Of a stretch of 64,000 bases of DNA, positions 48,006 through 57,869 are shown piece after piece. Each line of letters opens with the position of its first letter. Positions within the stretch are counted from its first letter, which is position 1. Origin of the DNA: Candidatus Latescibacterota bacterium. GTDB taxonomy: Bacteria > Latescibacterota > UBA2968 > GCA-2709665. The DNA is taken from positions 1,824,001 to 1,888,000 of the forward strand of contig CBDCOX010000002.1 in NCBI GenBank assembly GCA_965219995.1. Reading direction: 5' to 3'. A program made the translations under genes and the position numbers. Under the pieces are notes generated by a model. That model searched no databases. It had not been told where the DNA came from and saw only the letters and a program-made list of their open reading frames with translations.

Positions 48006-48998
48006 TCACCGGGCATCCTGTAGAACACCTGCTGCCCTGAGAACGGTTTCCTGAACGATCAATTCGTGATCCAGCGACCGCACCGCCGGTTTCCGGCCCC
48101 TGATCTCGGCAACCATCGAGCGCAAGCTTCCCACGTACCTCGGTTCGTTCTCCACGGGTACCGTCTGCCATCCCTCGCTGAAGCCGTCGCGGGCCCCGTC
48201 CAGACAGAGGCGGACCACCGGATCCGGCTCGAGCGGCTCCATGACGATGCTCCCGCGCGTGCCGTATACCTCGAATCGACGCGACGGAAACGCGGACACT
48301 TCCAATGAGGACGACTCGACGATCGCCATCGCGTTTTCATATTCGAAAATCGCCGCGGTATTGTCCCTGAAAGCGGGCACGGTCCCCCGTTCGTTCCTGA
48401 GAAACGACGTGACCCTGTCGGGCCGTCCCAGCACCGCCACCACAATATCCACGAGATGACACAGCAGTTCGAACAGAATGCCGCCCTTATGCAACGCCAG
48501 CGCCTCACGTCTGTCATCGGCAACCAGCGTGGACATCCGCCCCCGAACGGAAAACACGTCCCCGAGCCGGCCTGATTTCACGCAGTCCAGGACGAACTGA
48601 AACCCGGCGTTGTACCGGAACATATACCCCAGCTGCAGCAGCAATCCCTTTTCCCGGGCCAGGGCGACCAGCCCCTGGAACTCCTCCCAGTCGTCTCCCG
48701 CCGGCTTATCCAGCCAGACATGCTTGCCGTGCTCGAGCGCCTCCCGGGCGAATCCCAGATTCTGTGCGATCGCTCCTTCCACCGCAATCGCCGCGATCGA
48801 GTCATCCTCGAGCATCTCCCCGCTGGCGGCGTACCAGTTGACACCCCGATACGCCTCCATCGCGCCTTTCTGAGCCCGCACGGACGGGTCAGGCTCATAG
48901 ACGCCGCAGAAATGCACGTCCGGATTCGCCTTCAGAACCGCCGCCTTTCCCGCGGCGTGCGAATGCTCGATTCCGTATTGGGCAAACCTGATTTTCAT
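48006..48998 (-). CDS. Gfo/Idh/MocA family oxidoreductase
   Basis: HVWLDKP, GYMFRY, GGILFELLCH. Confidence 0.88.
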   Translation of the reverse strand: MKIRFAQYGIEHSHAAGKAAVLKANPDVHFCGVYEPDPSVRAQKGAMEAYRGVNWYAASGEMLEDDSIAAIAVEGAIAQNLGFAREALEHGKHVWLDKPAGDDWEEFQGLVALAREKGLLLQLGYMFRYNAGFQFVLDCVKSGRLGDVFSVRGRMSTLVADDRREALALHKGGILFELLCHLVDIVVAVLGRPDRVTSFLRNERGTVPAFRDNTAAIFEYENAMAIVESSSLEVSAFPSRRFEVYGTRGSIVMEPLEPDPVVRLCLDGARDGFSEGWQTVPVENEPRYVGSLRSMVAEIRGRKPAVRSLDHELIVQETVLRAAGVLQDAR

Positions 48999-49151
48999 GA
49001 TTCCTCCTGTCCGCCATATCGACTCGATTTCCGAAATGCTCCGCACGGCTTGCTCCGGGAGCACCGGGACATTCGGCGTGTTCGATCGCGGCGGCGCGCC
49101 TCGACGCCCTACCCGCATTCCGGCGGATCGGCAGCGTCCCGGGAAGCTGTT

Positions 49152-50126
49152 TTAAAACGGCGCCTTTACCCCCAGTTCCGCCGCGACTCTTTTCAGATCC
49201 CTCTGATGATCCCGACCGATTGGAATCCCCTCCACGGCCCAGCTGTGCTCGCGTTCCCATTCCAGCGCCCCGGGAAGCAACGCGCGGTCCTCGCCCGGGA
49301 ACGGCTGGAGTCCTCGCACGGCAGTTACAAAGTCATCCATCTGCCGTTGAAACGTTTCCCTCGGCACAAAGCCGGAAATATCCACGGCCAGGATGAACGA
49401 CCCCTGGTTCACGGCCGGCCATTCCGCGCCCTGCTCGTCGAACGTCTGAATTCCAGCCAGCAGGCCTCCCAGCGCGTGGCAGACCGCACCCAGACCGAGA
49501 CTCTTGAAGAACGACGAAGGCATGCGTTGAAATACCGTTTCGAAGTCCGCGTTTCCGCCCAGCGCGACACCGGTAGACATGTCCAGCACGACCGGGTGCT
49601 CCCCGCCCGACGGAATTGCGAAACTCATCGGCGAAGCGCCGTTGGCCGCCATGATTCCCTGTCCGGACGAGAGGCGCCGGACGTGCGACGACACGACGAA
49701 GCCGGCCATGCCGGCGCCGGAAATGACCCGGGAGTACTTGCCCGCAGCCCCGAAATGGAAGTGGTTGCGCGTGACCACCGCCGCAAGTCCCGCGGCGCGG
49801 GCCTTTTCCACGGCGAGGTGCGCCGCCCGCCAGGAAGCAAAGTGCCCCAGTCCGCCGTCCCCGTCAATCGTGCCTGTCGCCGGGGCCTGGCACACGACGG
49901 ACACGTCCGGGTTCGGGTTCAGATCTCCGTCGCGCAGGAGAGCCAGGTAGCGCGCCGACTGCCGCGTACCGTGACTGAACACGCCGCGAATATCCGTACC
50001 CACAAGAAGCCGGGCCATCAGCCGCGCCCGGCCCCCGGACATATGCACCCGTCGATACATCTCGAACACGAACTCGCGCATGCGCTCCGGCATCACCCGC
50101 ACGAATTCCGCGGGAACGACATTCAC
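49152..50126 (-). CDS. Ldh_2 family (malate/L-lactate/ureidoglycolate-type) dehydrogenase
   Basis: D.RGVFSHG, IDGDGGLG, HFGAAG.Y, VLDMST, LPG..E. Confidence 0.85.
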   Translation of the reverse strand: MNVVPAEFVRVMPERMREFVFEMYRRVHMSGGRARLMARLLVGTDIRGVFSHGTRQSARYLALLRDGDLNPNPDVSVVCQAPATGTIDGDGGLGHFASWRAAHLAVEKARAAGLAAVVTRNHFHFGAAGKYSRVISGAGMAGFVVSSHVRRLSSGQGIMAANGASPMSFAIPSGGEHPVVLDMSTGVALGGNADFETVFQRMPSSFFKSLGLGAVCHALGGLLAGIQTFDEQGAEWPAVNQGSFILAVDISGFVPRETFQRQMDDFVTAVRGLQPFPGEDRALLPGALEWEREHSWAVEGIPIGRDHQRDLKRVAAELGVKAPF

Positions 50127-50151
50127 GCCATCTCCCTCCTGGGGCCTGAGT

Positions 50152-50838
50152 CTACATGATCCCGAACCGGTCCCACGCTTCTCTCGAGGACATCCCGCCT
50201 TCAATCGCCTCCCGGACCCGGTTCTCTCCCCTCACCTTGTCCAGCGCCCGGTGAATGACGTCGGGCACGGAATCGGACGGGACGATCACCACGCCGTCCA
50301 GGTCGCCGAACACGATATCGCCTGGCGAGACCACGGCGCCGTTCGAAAACGTAAGCGTACAGCGATAGTCGACCACCCGCCCCCGCACCCTCTGGTCCTG
50401 AGCGTACCGACCGGCGCAGAACGTCGGAAAGTTCAATTCAAATATGCCCCGGGTATCGCGGCTGAATCCGTCCAGAACGGCGCCTGCCGCTCCCAGCTTC
50501 AACGCCCTCGTACTCAACAGTTCGCCCCAAAGCGCGTAGGTGGGTGATGCCCCGGTACAGATATAGACGTCGTTCGCGGCCAGATCGTCGAGCGCCTCGA
50601 ACATCAGGCCGAACGCCCGGTTGCCGTCCGCGGAACGGTCGTCCGGGTCCGTGTAATCGGCCTCCAGGACCGGCATCGCCCGCCCCGCCACGACCATATC
50701 ATCTCGCAACGGCTGAATCTCCGGCGGCAGGAACTGCCTGACCAGGCCCGCTTTGTCCATCACGTCGCCGACCACGGCGGTGAACAGTTCACGCTTCATC
50801 AGCTCGAAGAGGCCGGCATCATCGCACCATTCGGTCAT
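50152..50838 (-). CDS. RraA family / HMG aldolase-like protein
   Basis: AVVGDVMD, WGELLS, DGFSRD, PGDIVFGDLDGVV. Confidence 0.88.
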   Translation of the reverse strand: MTEWCDDAGLFELMKRELFTAVVGDVMDKAGLVRQFLPPEIQPLRDDMVVAGRAMPVLEADYTDPDDRSADGNRAFGLMFEALDDLAANDVYICTGASPTYALWGELLSTRALKLGAAGAVLDGFSRDTRGIFELNFPTFCAGRYAQDQRVRGRVVDYRCTLTFSNGAVVSPGDIVFGDLDGVVIVPSDSVPDVIHRALDKVRGENRVREAIEGGMSSREAWDRFGIM

Positions 50839-50871
50839 AGCCTCACCCTCTGGAACACCAGAGACAGCTGC

Positions 50872-53838
50872 TTACCATCGGGCTTCGATCGTCCGGACGA
50901 CGCGAAACCGGGCACCCGCCTCGAAATCGGTAACGAACCCCTTCGAATAGTCCAGTTCCTCCACCATTCCCCGCACGAAATCCACGTCTCCCACGTCGAT
51001 CAGTGTTCGACCGCCCACCCTGCGGACGTCGTGAATTCGATAGGTCGCGTCGCGTTCGTTCTCGTTCTCAACGGAAATGAACCCGCCCCGGAGTCCATCC
51101 GCGGGCGGCTCCGAGGAAGTCCAGATTTCGCCCGGTTCGTACGCTTCCACCGTGCCCCGCCATACGCCCTGCGGCGCATGGATGGACCGGTCCCGGGTTC
51201 CGAGAACACTGCCCCCCACCAGCATACCCCACCGGGCAGTATCGTTCACCTCCGAATATACGCCCAGACTCCCGTCGAAGGTGATGCGGCCGTCCACCTC
51301 GATACAGGAAACGCCGTCGCCGAAAACCAGCGTATCCACCCGACCGCCCGGCAATTGAACCTTCAGCGACCTCGCCGGACCGGATACCGCAATCTCCTCC
51401 GCGGAACGGACGACGCGATCGCCTTCGTAGGCTTCGACCAGGCTGAGAAACGAGGATTCGAGCCCGTCGCCCCCTTCGTGCGAGGCAACCCCGTACGTCA
51501 GTCGCCTCGGGTTTCCGGGTTTGTTCTGCGGCGGGTCCCCGTGGCACAGCGCTACTTCTCCCGGCGGATCGAACAGACTCCACCGCAGATGCACGTCGGT
51601 CATCAGCGGCTTCCCGGCGGCCCGGGAACGAGTTCTCACCATCCAGGTATCCTTCACGCGCCAGTCTACCGAAACGACCCGCTCCGGCGCGGTGCAGCGC
51701 CGCACGTCGTACAGATATTGAAAGCCGCTTCCCCTGTACCCGTTCAGGTCCACGACGGACCCGTCGTAAAACTCTCCGAATCCGACGTCCTCTCCGGCGT
51801 ACGTCCCGCGAGTCTGCGCATCCAGGCGCATCCCCGATGTCGTCACGCCGCCCTCTGCAGCGTGGAACAGGAAATGGTGTGAACGCCCGCCGGACACGCG
51901 GAACAGATCCACGACGTAGAAATCCCTTTCCGACACACGCACCAGAACGCTGCACCGGGCGTAGGCCGGGCACTGCGCATAGACGTCGGGAGAGGATACG
52001 GATATCGCCTGAACCTGCTCCGCGAATCCGGCGAAATCGACCTTCCCGGTATAGGTGCCGTTCTGCGGACTTCGATCCACCAGTACCGTGTTGTGCGAGA
52101 CCGTGTGGTTCGTCCAGCCCGACCGTTTGGGCCAGACCCGCGCGTGCTCGGGATATCCAAGGTCCGGCAACAGATCCAGGCCGAAGGCGTAAAGACCCAG
52201 ATTCAAGCGGTCCGCGTGTCCATGGCCCCTGTTGCGGCCGTAATACAACCACAGGGTCCGTTCGAACGCTCCCTGTCCGTCGCGCAGCATGGCCAGACCG
52301 TATCCGGTCATCACGTCGGAGGTCAGCCGGAGCGGCCCGTACCTGTCCACCGCCTCCGCGATCCGGGACCGTATCGACTCCGGGTCAGGATCCGTAATCG
52401 CGCCGTGCACCTTCGACAGATCACCGCCGGCCAGATGAACTGCCGCCTGTGCCAGTTCGGGGTCTCCGAAGATTTCAAATCCGTACAGGCATTGCTCCAG
52501 GTCCACTCCGCCCAATCCGGGGCTTCCCGTACTGCCGCTGTCCCCGATGGACGGGACATAGCGGTTCAGCGCCGTCACCCGCAGAAACGCCAGGTACATC
52601 TGGCGGTACCGGGAAAATTCGCGGACCGCGTGGCGTGTGTACGATGGTCGCGACCCGAGGATCATCTCCAGCGACCGCATTCCCAGAGGCCACCTCAGCC
52701 AGCCCAGGCTGTATCCCGGCGCGCCTTCCGACCCTACGCCGTCCCGGTCGATCTCCCGGGCGAAGAGCAGGGGAATATGCCCCCCCGTGGGCTGGCGGCC
52801 GATCAGGAATCCCTCTTGAAAGATCCAATCCAGCAGGTCATCCGTGCGATCGTCGTCCAGGGCGACGGCCAGAAGCGCCATGGTCGCCTGATCGCCAGGC
52901 TCGTTATGGTGGATATCGCCTTTGAGAATGGCGTCGACACCTTCGCGCAGGATGTGGCTTTCGATATGCGCGCACAACGCATCGGCGGAATCCTGTTCGA
53001 CGAGCCCGTGCAGCGACTGCTTTGTCCGAAGAAACCGAAACAGCTCGTCTTCGTCTTTCCAGGCCGTACGAGCCAGGTCGAAACATTCGGCAAACGCCTT
53101 CAGAAGGCCGGGCTCCCAGATCCTCCCGTAGATGCGACCCCTGCCGCTGAGTCCGTCGGAATTGAAAAACCCCTGCCGCGCCCAGAACGACCAGTCCATT
53201 TCGGGGTAGACATCCGCGATGCGGGCGAGCAGTACTCCCGCCTTGTGGGCGTAAATGCCTTTCCCCGTCAGCAGAAACGCTTCGCGTAACGCGCTGCAGG
53301 CGGAGCTGATCTCGGACCAGATGCCATAGTGTGCATAGACACCGATCAGTTTGAACGACTCCCCTGCCCCGTCGGTCCACCCCGTGCCGTCATCCACCGC
53401 GAACATATGCTTCGGATCCCGCGGGTCCGGATGGTCGGCGTTGAAAAGCAACGTCCTGTCCGCACGTTCCGGGTCGAATATCCCGTTCGCCGCGATCCCG
53501 CTCTGGTAAAACGCTTCGAAGTCGTTCGTGGGAAAGCGGCCGCTGCAGGAGGGACATCTGATCTTCCATGGGTCCGCCAGCACATCGACGTCGAACCGTC
53601 CGCCATGCCGATAGATTCCCTGACCGCATTTCGGACACCCTTTTTCGACGCTCGCATTCGTGCTGCGCCCGATCGTCTGGCCCGTCACCATCGACCAAAG
53701 CCGGTCGTCATCGAAACAGACCCATCGTTTCGCCCTTTCAATGGCCGCATCCCGCCGCGCGGCCGCCCAATCGAAACGCCTGACGTTTCGCCGGGCGTTC
53801 GCGACCTGCTCCGGCGTAACCAGTTTCGCGCTTCTCAT
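50872..53838 (-). CDS. heparinase II/III family polysaccharide lyase
   Basis: DG...EGAPGY, GHGHADRL, PDLGYP, SHNTVLVD; N-terminal CPKC...CPSC. Confidence 0.85.
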   Translation of the reverse strand: MRSAKLVTPEQVANARRNVRRFDWAAARRDAAIERAKRWVCFDDDRLWSMVTGQTIGRSTNASVEKGCPKCGQGIYRHGGRFDVDVLADPWKIRCPSCSGRFPTNDFEAFYQSGIAANGIFDPERADRTLLFNADHPDPRDPKHMFAVDDGTGWTDGAGESFKLIGVYAHYGIWSEISSACSALREAFLLTGKGIYAHKAGVLLARIADVYPEMDWSFWARQGFFNSDGLSGRGRIYGRIWEPGLLKAFAECFDLARTAWKDEDELFRFLRTKQSLHGLVEQDSADALCAHIESHILREGVDAILKGDIHHNEPGDQATMALLAVALDDDRTDDLLDWIFQEGFLIGRQPTGGHIPLLFAREIDRDGVGSEGAPGYSLGWLRWPLGMRSLEMILGSRPSYTRHAVREFSRYRQMYLAFLRVTALNRYVPSIGDSGSTGSPGLGGVDLEQCLYGFEIFGDPELAQAAVHLAGGDLSKVHGAITDPDPESIRSRIAEAVDRYGPLRLTSDVMTGYGLAMLRDGQGAFERTLWLYYGRNRGHGHADRLNLGLYAFGLDLLPDLGYPEHARVWPKRSGWTNHTVSHNTVLVDRSPQNGTYTGKVDFAGFAEQVQAISVSSPDVYAQCPAYARCSVLVRVSERDFYVVDLFRVSGGRSHHFLFHAAEGGVTTSGMRLDAQTRGTYAGEDVGFGEFYDGSVVDLNGYRGSGFQYLYDVRRCTAPERVVSVDWRVKDTWMVRTRSRAAGKPLMTDVHLRWSLFDPPGEVALCHGDPPQNKPGNPRRLTYGVASHEGGDGLESSFLSLVEAYEGDRVVRSAEEIAVSGPARSLKVQLPGGRVDTLVFGDGVSCIEVDGRITFDGSLGVYSEVNDTARWGMLVGGSVLGTRDRSIHAPQGVWRGTVEAYEPGEIWTSSEPPADGLRGGFISVENENERDATYRIHDVRRVGGRTLIDVGDVDFVRGMVEELDYSKGFVTDFEAGARFRVVRTIEARW

Positions 53839-53934
53839 CAGGCAAACCTCCTTTTCAGCCCGTAACCCTGTGGAGAATGCGACAAGATACGCGCCACGCG
53901 CCCGATGATCAACGGTTTTGTGACCGCGCGCAAT

Positions 53935-53996
53935 TTGACAATCGGCCTGTGGCTCTGCCAATATAGGTTGACTTGGAACTCCCACCCGCCTATCAT
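53935..53996 (+). promoter_or_regulatory. tandem sigma70-like promoters
   Basis: TTGACT-17-TATCAT (53968-53996) and weaker TTGACA-18-CAATAT (53935-53964). Confidence 0.6.
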
Positions 53997-54033
53997 ATCG
54001 CCCGTCGGCCCCCACACCACGGAGGATCTTCCG

Positions 54034-55440
54034 ATGTCCCACAGCAGCCTCTTCACGTTCCGTACCCACGGCGGTGTCTGCGCAGGCGAGACCTGGATTT
54101 ACGATCACGACGAGCCCATCGCGCGTCTCGAAGACAGAGTGATCGAACAGCCGGAACAGAACCTGCGTTATTTCAACGGCAACGCCAAACCCGTCAATCT
54201 GCGGGACCTGAAGCTGGGCCCCGGGGGGCGCCCGCTCGTGTGCGGCGTCCAGATGTACTGGGTGTTTCAGCACCGTGTCCTGGCCACCACGGATCTCATC
54301 GATATCCAGGTGGCAGGCCAGGAAACCGACCAGCTCGTACTCACCGTGACCACCGCGGACCCGGGCGGCGTTGCCACCTCGCGTCGTGTGCTCACGTTAA
54401 CCTACGACGTCGAACTGGCATCGTACATTTATGACTTCAGGGCGCACCTGGATATCCACAGTCCGGAAGCACTGGACGGAGAAGAAAACGTCCACTTCGA
54501 GTATTGCGACCCCTGGTACAGCGACATCCCCGGACCGACCGTCGAATTCCCGGGGATGTGGCGGAAACGATACTCGCATCTCCTGGCTGAAACCGGAGAC
54601 GGGACCGTCTGGCAGATGCCGCTCAACCACATGGCGACCGGCATTCCCGGCCCCGGACCATTCAAGCCGGACGCCGTATTCGTTCTGGCTCATGATCCCG
54701 GCAACAACCCGGCGTTCGAGTTCTGTGGCGCGACGGCCGAACGCACGACGCTGGGTGTCTGCAACTGGGGATACGACATCCATTTCGCGGGTCACTACAC
54801 ACGCGACGAACTCTACGCGCCTCTGTGCGAGCACTTTCGCATCCGGCTCTGTCCGGATCGGAAAGCGGCGCGAATGATGGCTCTGGCGGAGCCGGTTCCC
54901 AAAGTCTCCTACAACGGCTTTGAGGAACTTCCCGTCTACGAACGCAAAACCAGTTTTGCCAATGGATTGCAACTCAACAGACCCACCGCGTGCAACACCG
55001 ATCCCTGGCCCTGGCTTCCGGAGGGAGAGGGCGCGGAATGGTGCAGGAATCACGGCCGGTCCGACCTTTTTTCGCTTAAAATCAGCAAACTGTCGGACGG
55101 ACCCACCGAATGGATCATGGACCGTGAGAGCGACGGCGCCTGGACCGAGAGATGGACCCTCTCGACCGGCTTTCGCGTGACCGTGTACGTTAAGACCGAA
55201 AACGTCCGGGGTCACGGCGCCTTTCTGGCCCTGCGCTGGGGCGTCTTCAACGAACCCGAAAAATATCCCTATATAAGCTCGCGGAAGCTCACAGGCACCC
55301 ACGACTGGACGCGGGTCAGCGCAGAGATCCGCGGACCGTCGCCGCCGGACAGCGGCGCCGTCTACCTCATCCTTCGCCAGGACGGCAGCGGCACAAGCTG
55401 GTTCGACGACCTGGAAGTCGAACGTCTGTCGGCATGTTGA
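54034..55440 (+). CDS. hypothetical protein with C-terminal CBM4/9-like domain
   Basis: GGAGG RBS; C-terminal VKTENV...GTHDWTRVS...GTSWFDDLEV jelly-roll signature. Confidence 0.65.
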   Translation: MSHSSLFTFRTHGGVCAGETWIYDHDEPIARLEDRVIEQPEQNLRYFNGNAKPVNLRDLKLGPGGRPLVCGVQMYWVFQHRVLATTDLIDIQVAGQETDQLVLTVTTADPGGVATSRRVLTLTYDVELASYIYDFRAHLDIHSPEALDGEENVHFEYCDPWYSDIPGPTVEFPGMWRKRYSHLLAETGDGTVWQMPLNHMATGIPGPGPFKPDAVFVLAHDPGNNPAFEFCGATAERTTLGVCNWGYDIHFAGHYTRDELYAPLCEHFRIRLCPDRKAARMMALAEPVPKVSYNGFEELPVYERKTSFANGLQLNRPTACNTDPWPWLPEGEGAEWCRNHGRSDLFSLKISKLSDGPTEWIMDRESDGAWTERWTLSTGFRVTVYVKTENVRGHGAFLALRWGVFNEPEKYPYISSRKLTGTHDWTRVSAEIRGPSPPDSGAVYLILRQDGSGTSWFDDLEVERLSAC

Positions 55441-55534
55441 GGAGGCGTGTTGTTGATCGGGAGCGATTCCGACACGGCCCGCTGGCGACGGCAACGACCC
55501 TCAAAACCCACGAATTTCAAACCCGGTAGGAAAA

Positions 55535-56452
55535 ATGAACAGGCGTCGCGCGCCATCTCCTGTAGGATTTATCGGCCTGGGGGCCATGGGCGGCGGAATG
55601 GCCCGAAATCTGTTGGAAGCGGGGTTTCCGTTGCTCGTATACGACACCAACAAGGAGGCGGTGGACCGGATCGTCGTGTCAGGGGCACGCGTGGCCGAAA
55701 ATTTACACAGGATGGCGGCGGCATGCGACCGGATCATCCTGATGCTTCCGGATACCGGGACCGTCGAATCCGTACTCTTTGGAGATTCCGGCCTTTTTGC
55801 CGGCCTGAAGGCGGGACACATCGTCGTCGATTGCGGTACGACACACCCCGAATTCACCCGCCACGCCTGGAGAATCCTCGGTCGTCACGGCGTTGAGTTC
55901 CTGGATGCTCCGTGCAGCGGGATGAGTACGCGCGCGGCGGAAGGTAACCTCACGGTGATGGCGGGCGGCAACAAAGATGCCTTTACCGCCGTCGAGCCGC
56001 TTCTGAATGCCGTGGGCTCGTGCATTCTCTATATGGGCGGTTCCGGTAAGGGACAGCTTGCCAAAATCGTCAACAACACCCTCTTCAACATCTCCTGCGC
56101 GGCGCTGGCCGAAGTGCTTCCGCTTGCGGTCAGGCTCGGCCTGAACGCGGAAGAGATGTGTAAAGCGGTGAAAACCGGCAGCGGACAGAGCTACGGCTTC
56201 GACACCTTCGCGCCTATGGTCCTCGAACGGGATTTCGGACCCGGTTATCCGATGGCAAACGCCAGCAAGGATATCGACGCCATCACCGAGATACTCGAAA
56301 ACGAAGGGGTGTGTCTGCCTGTGATCTCCGCCGCCGCCGAGACCTATCGCGCGGCGCTGGACAGGGGTCTGGGAAGCCTGAACAAGGGCGGAATGATCCA
56401 CGTCTGGGAGGCGGCATTGGGCGTCGAAGTCCGAAAGGATTCCCCGCGCTGA
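55535..56452 (+). CDS. NAD(P)-dependent beta-hydroxyacid dehydrogenase (3-hydroxyisobutyrate dehydrogenase family)
   Basis: GFIGLGAMG, LDAPCSG, GQLAKIVNN. Confidence 0.9.
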   Translation: MNRRRAPSPVGFIGLGAMGGGMARNLLEAGFPLLVYDTNKEAVDRIVVSGARVAENLHRMAAACDRIILMLPDTGTVESVLFGDSGLFAGLKAGHIVVDCGTTHPEFTRHAWRILGRHGVEFLDAPCSGMSTRAAEGNLTVMAGGNKDAFTAVEPLLNAVGSCILYMGGSGKGQLAKIVNNTLFNISCAALAEVLPLAVRLGLNAEEMCKAVKTGSGQSYGFDTFAPMVLERDFGPGYPMANASKDIDAITEILENEGVCLPVISAAAETYRAALDRGLGSLNKGGMIHVWEAALGVEVRKDSPR

Positions 56453-56489
56453 ACCCGGGCCGGTCGCAGGCGAGGTACCCATCGATCCG

Positions 56490-57758
56490 ATGAAGGCGAA
56501 CACCGACATCCTCATTATTGGCGGCGGCTCCATCGGTGTCTGCACCGCCCACTATCTGTCGGAAGCAGGGAAGGACGTCGTCCTCGTTGACAAAACCGAC
56601 GTCTGCGCGGGCAGTTCTTACGGCAACCAGGGCCTGATCGTTCCCAGTCACAGCATTCCGCTCGCCGCCCCCGGGGTTATCGGGAAAGCGCTAAAGTGGA
56701 TGTTCGATCCCGGGAGCCCGTTCTACATCAAGCCACGGCTGGACCTGGACCTCATCAAATGGCTATGGCAGTTTCAGGCCGCCTGTACCCCGGCGCGGAT
56801 GCGACCATCCCTCGCCGCCTTGAGAGATCTCAGCCTGGCCAGCGTGCGGCTGTTCGCGGAAATCGCCGCCATCGACGGCCTGGATTTCAGCTTCAGGGAA
56901 AATGGCGGCCTTATGGTTTACGGGACCGAAAAGGGACTGGAGGGTGGCATCCGGGAGGCCGGCCTCCTGTCTGAAAGAGGCATCCGTACGGAAATCCTCG
57001 ACACGGACGGACTCCGAAGGCTGGACCCCGCGGCCAACTACAGTGCCGCGGGCGCCGTGTACTATCCGCAGGACGCCCACCTCGTTCCCTCAAGATTCGT
57101 TACGGAACTCGCCCGGCACGTTGCCGAAGACGGCAAGCGCGTCAGGATTCATCCTTCGACGGAGGTCATCGGCTTCCAGGGACGAAACCGCAGGATCCGG
57201 AGGGTCATAACCACGCGGGGCGAATTCAGCGCGAACGAAGTCGTACTCGCCGGCGGCGCGTGGTCGCCGGCCATTGCCACGGAACTCGGCATTAAACTGC
57301 CCATCCAGCCGGCCAAAGGCTATAGCGTCACTTTCGAACGACCGGACCGCTGTCCCTCGATTCCGGCCTCGCTCTCAGAAGCCAAGGTTGCCGTCACGCC
57401 CATGGGCGATATGCTGCGGTTTGGCGGCACCCTGGAACTGGCCGGGATGGACATGTCCATCAACAAACGGCGGGTGGCGGCCATCCTCAACGCCGTACCC
57501 CGCTATCTGCCCGACCTGAACCCGAACAGACTGAAACACATCGAAACCTGGCGCGGCCTCCGCCCCTGCACCCCGGACGGCCTGCCCTTTCTGGGGCGCA
57601 GCCCGACGTACGATAACCTCACCATTGCGGCCGGACACGCCATGATCGGGATCTCGCTGGGACCCATTACCGGAAAACTCGTCTCGCAGGTGGTCACAGG
57701 CCGGACGCCGTCCATCGACCTGGCACCCCTGCGGGTGGACAGATTCGCCAATTATTAG
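56490..57758 (+). CDS. FAD-dependent D-amino acid dehydrogenase family
   Basis: IIGGGSIG, SYGNQG, PAKGYS, WRGLRPCTPDGLP, GHAMIG. Confidence 0.9.
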   Translation: MKANTDILIIGGGSIGVCTAHYLSEAGKDVVLVDKTDVCAGSSYGNQGLIVPSHSIPLAAPGVIGKALKWMFDPGSPFYIKPRLDLDLIKWLWQFQAACTPARMRPSLAALRDLSLASVRLFAEIAAIDGLDFSFRENGGLMVYGTEKGLEGGIREAGLLSERGIRTEILDTDGLRRLDPAANYSAAGAVYYPQDAHLVPSRFVTELARHVAEDGKRVRIHPSTEVIGFQGRNRRIRRVITTRGEFSANEVVLAGGAWSPAIATELGIKLPIQPAKGYSVTFERPDRCPSIPASLSEAKVAVTPMGDMLRFGGTLELAGMDMSINKRRVAAILNAVPRYLPDLNPNRLKHIETWRGLRPCTPDGLPFLGRSPTYDNLTIAAGHAMIGISLGPITGKLVSQVVTGRTPSIDLAPLRVDRFANY

Positions 57759-57869
57759 ACCTGCGGGGGAGAACAAGGGCAAACGGACGCAAGCGCCTCG
57801 CAGACGGCACGGCACCCGCGCAATCGCAGAATCGCCCATCCGAACCGGAAAGCCAACGAAAGGTCGCAC

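Noticed and set aside
53839-54273. Overlapping N-terminal extensions of the heparinase and the divergent hypothetical ORF
   Set aside because: Better starts with RBS at 53838 and 54034 leave an intergenic region containing promoters
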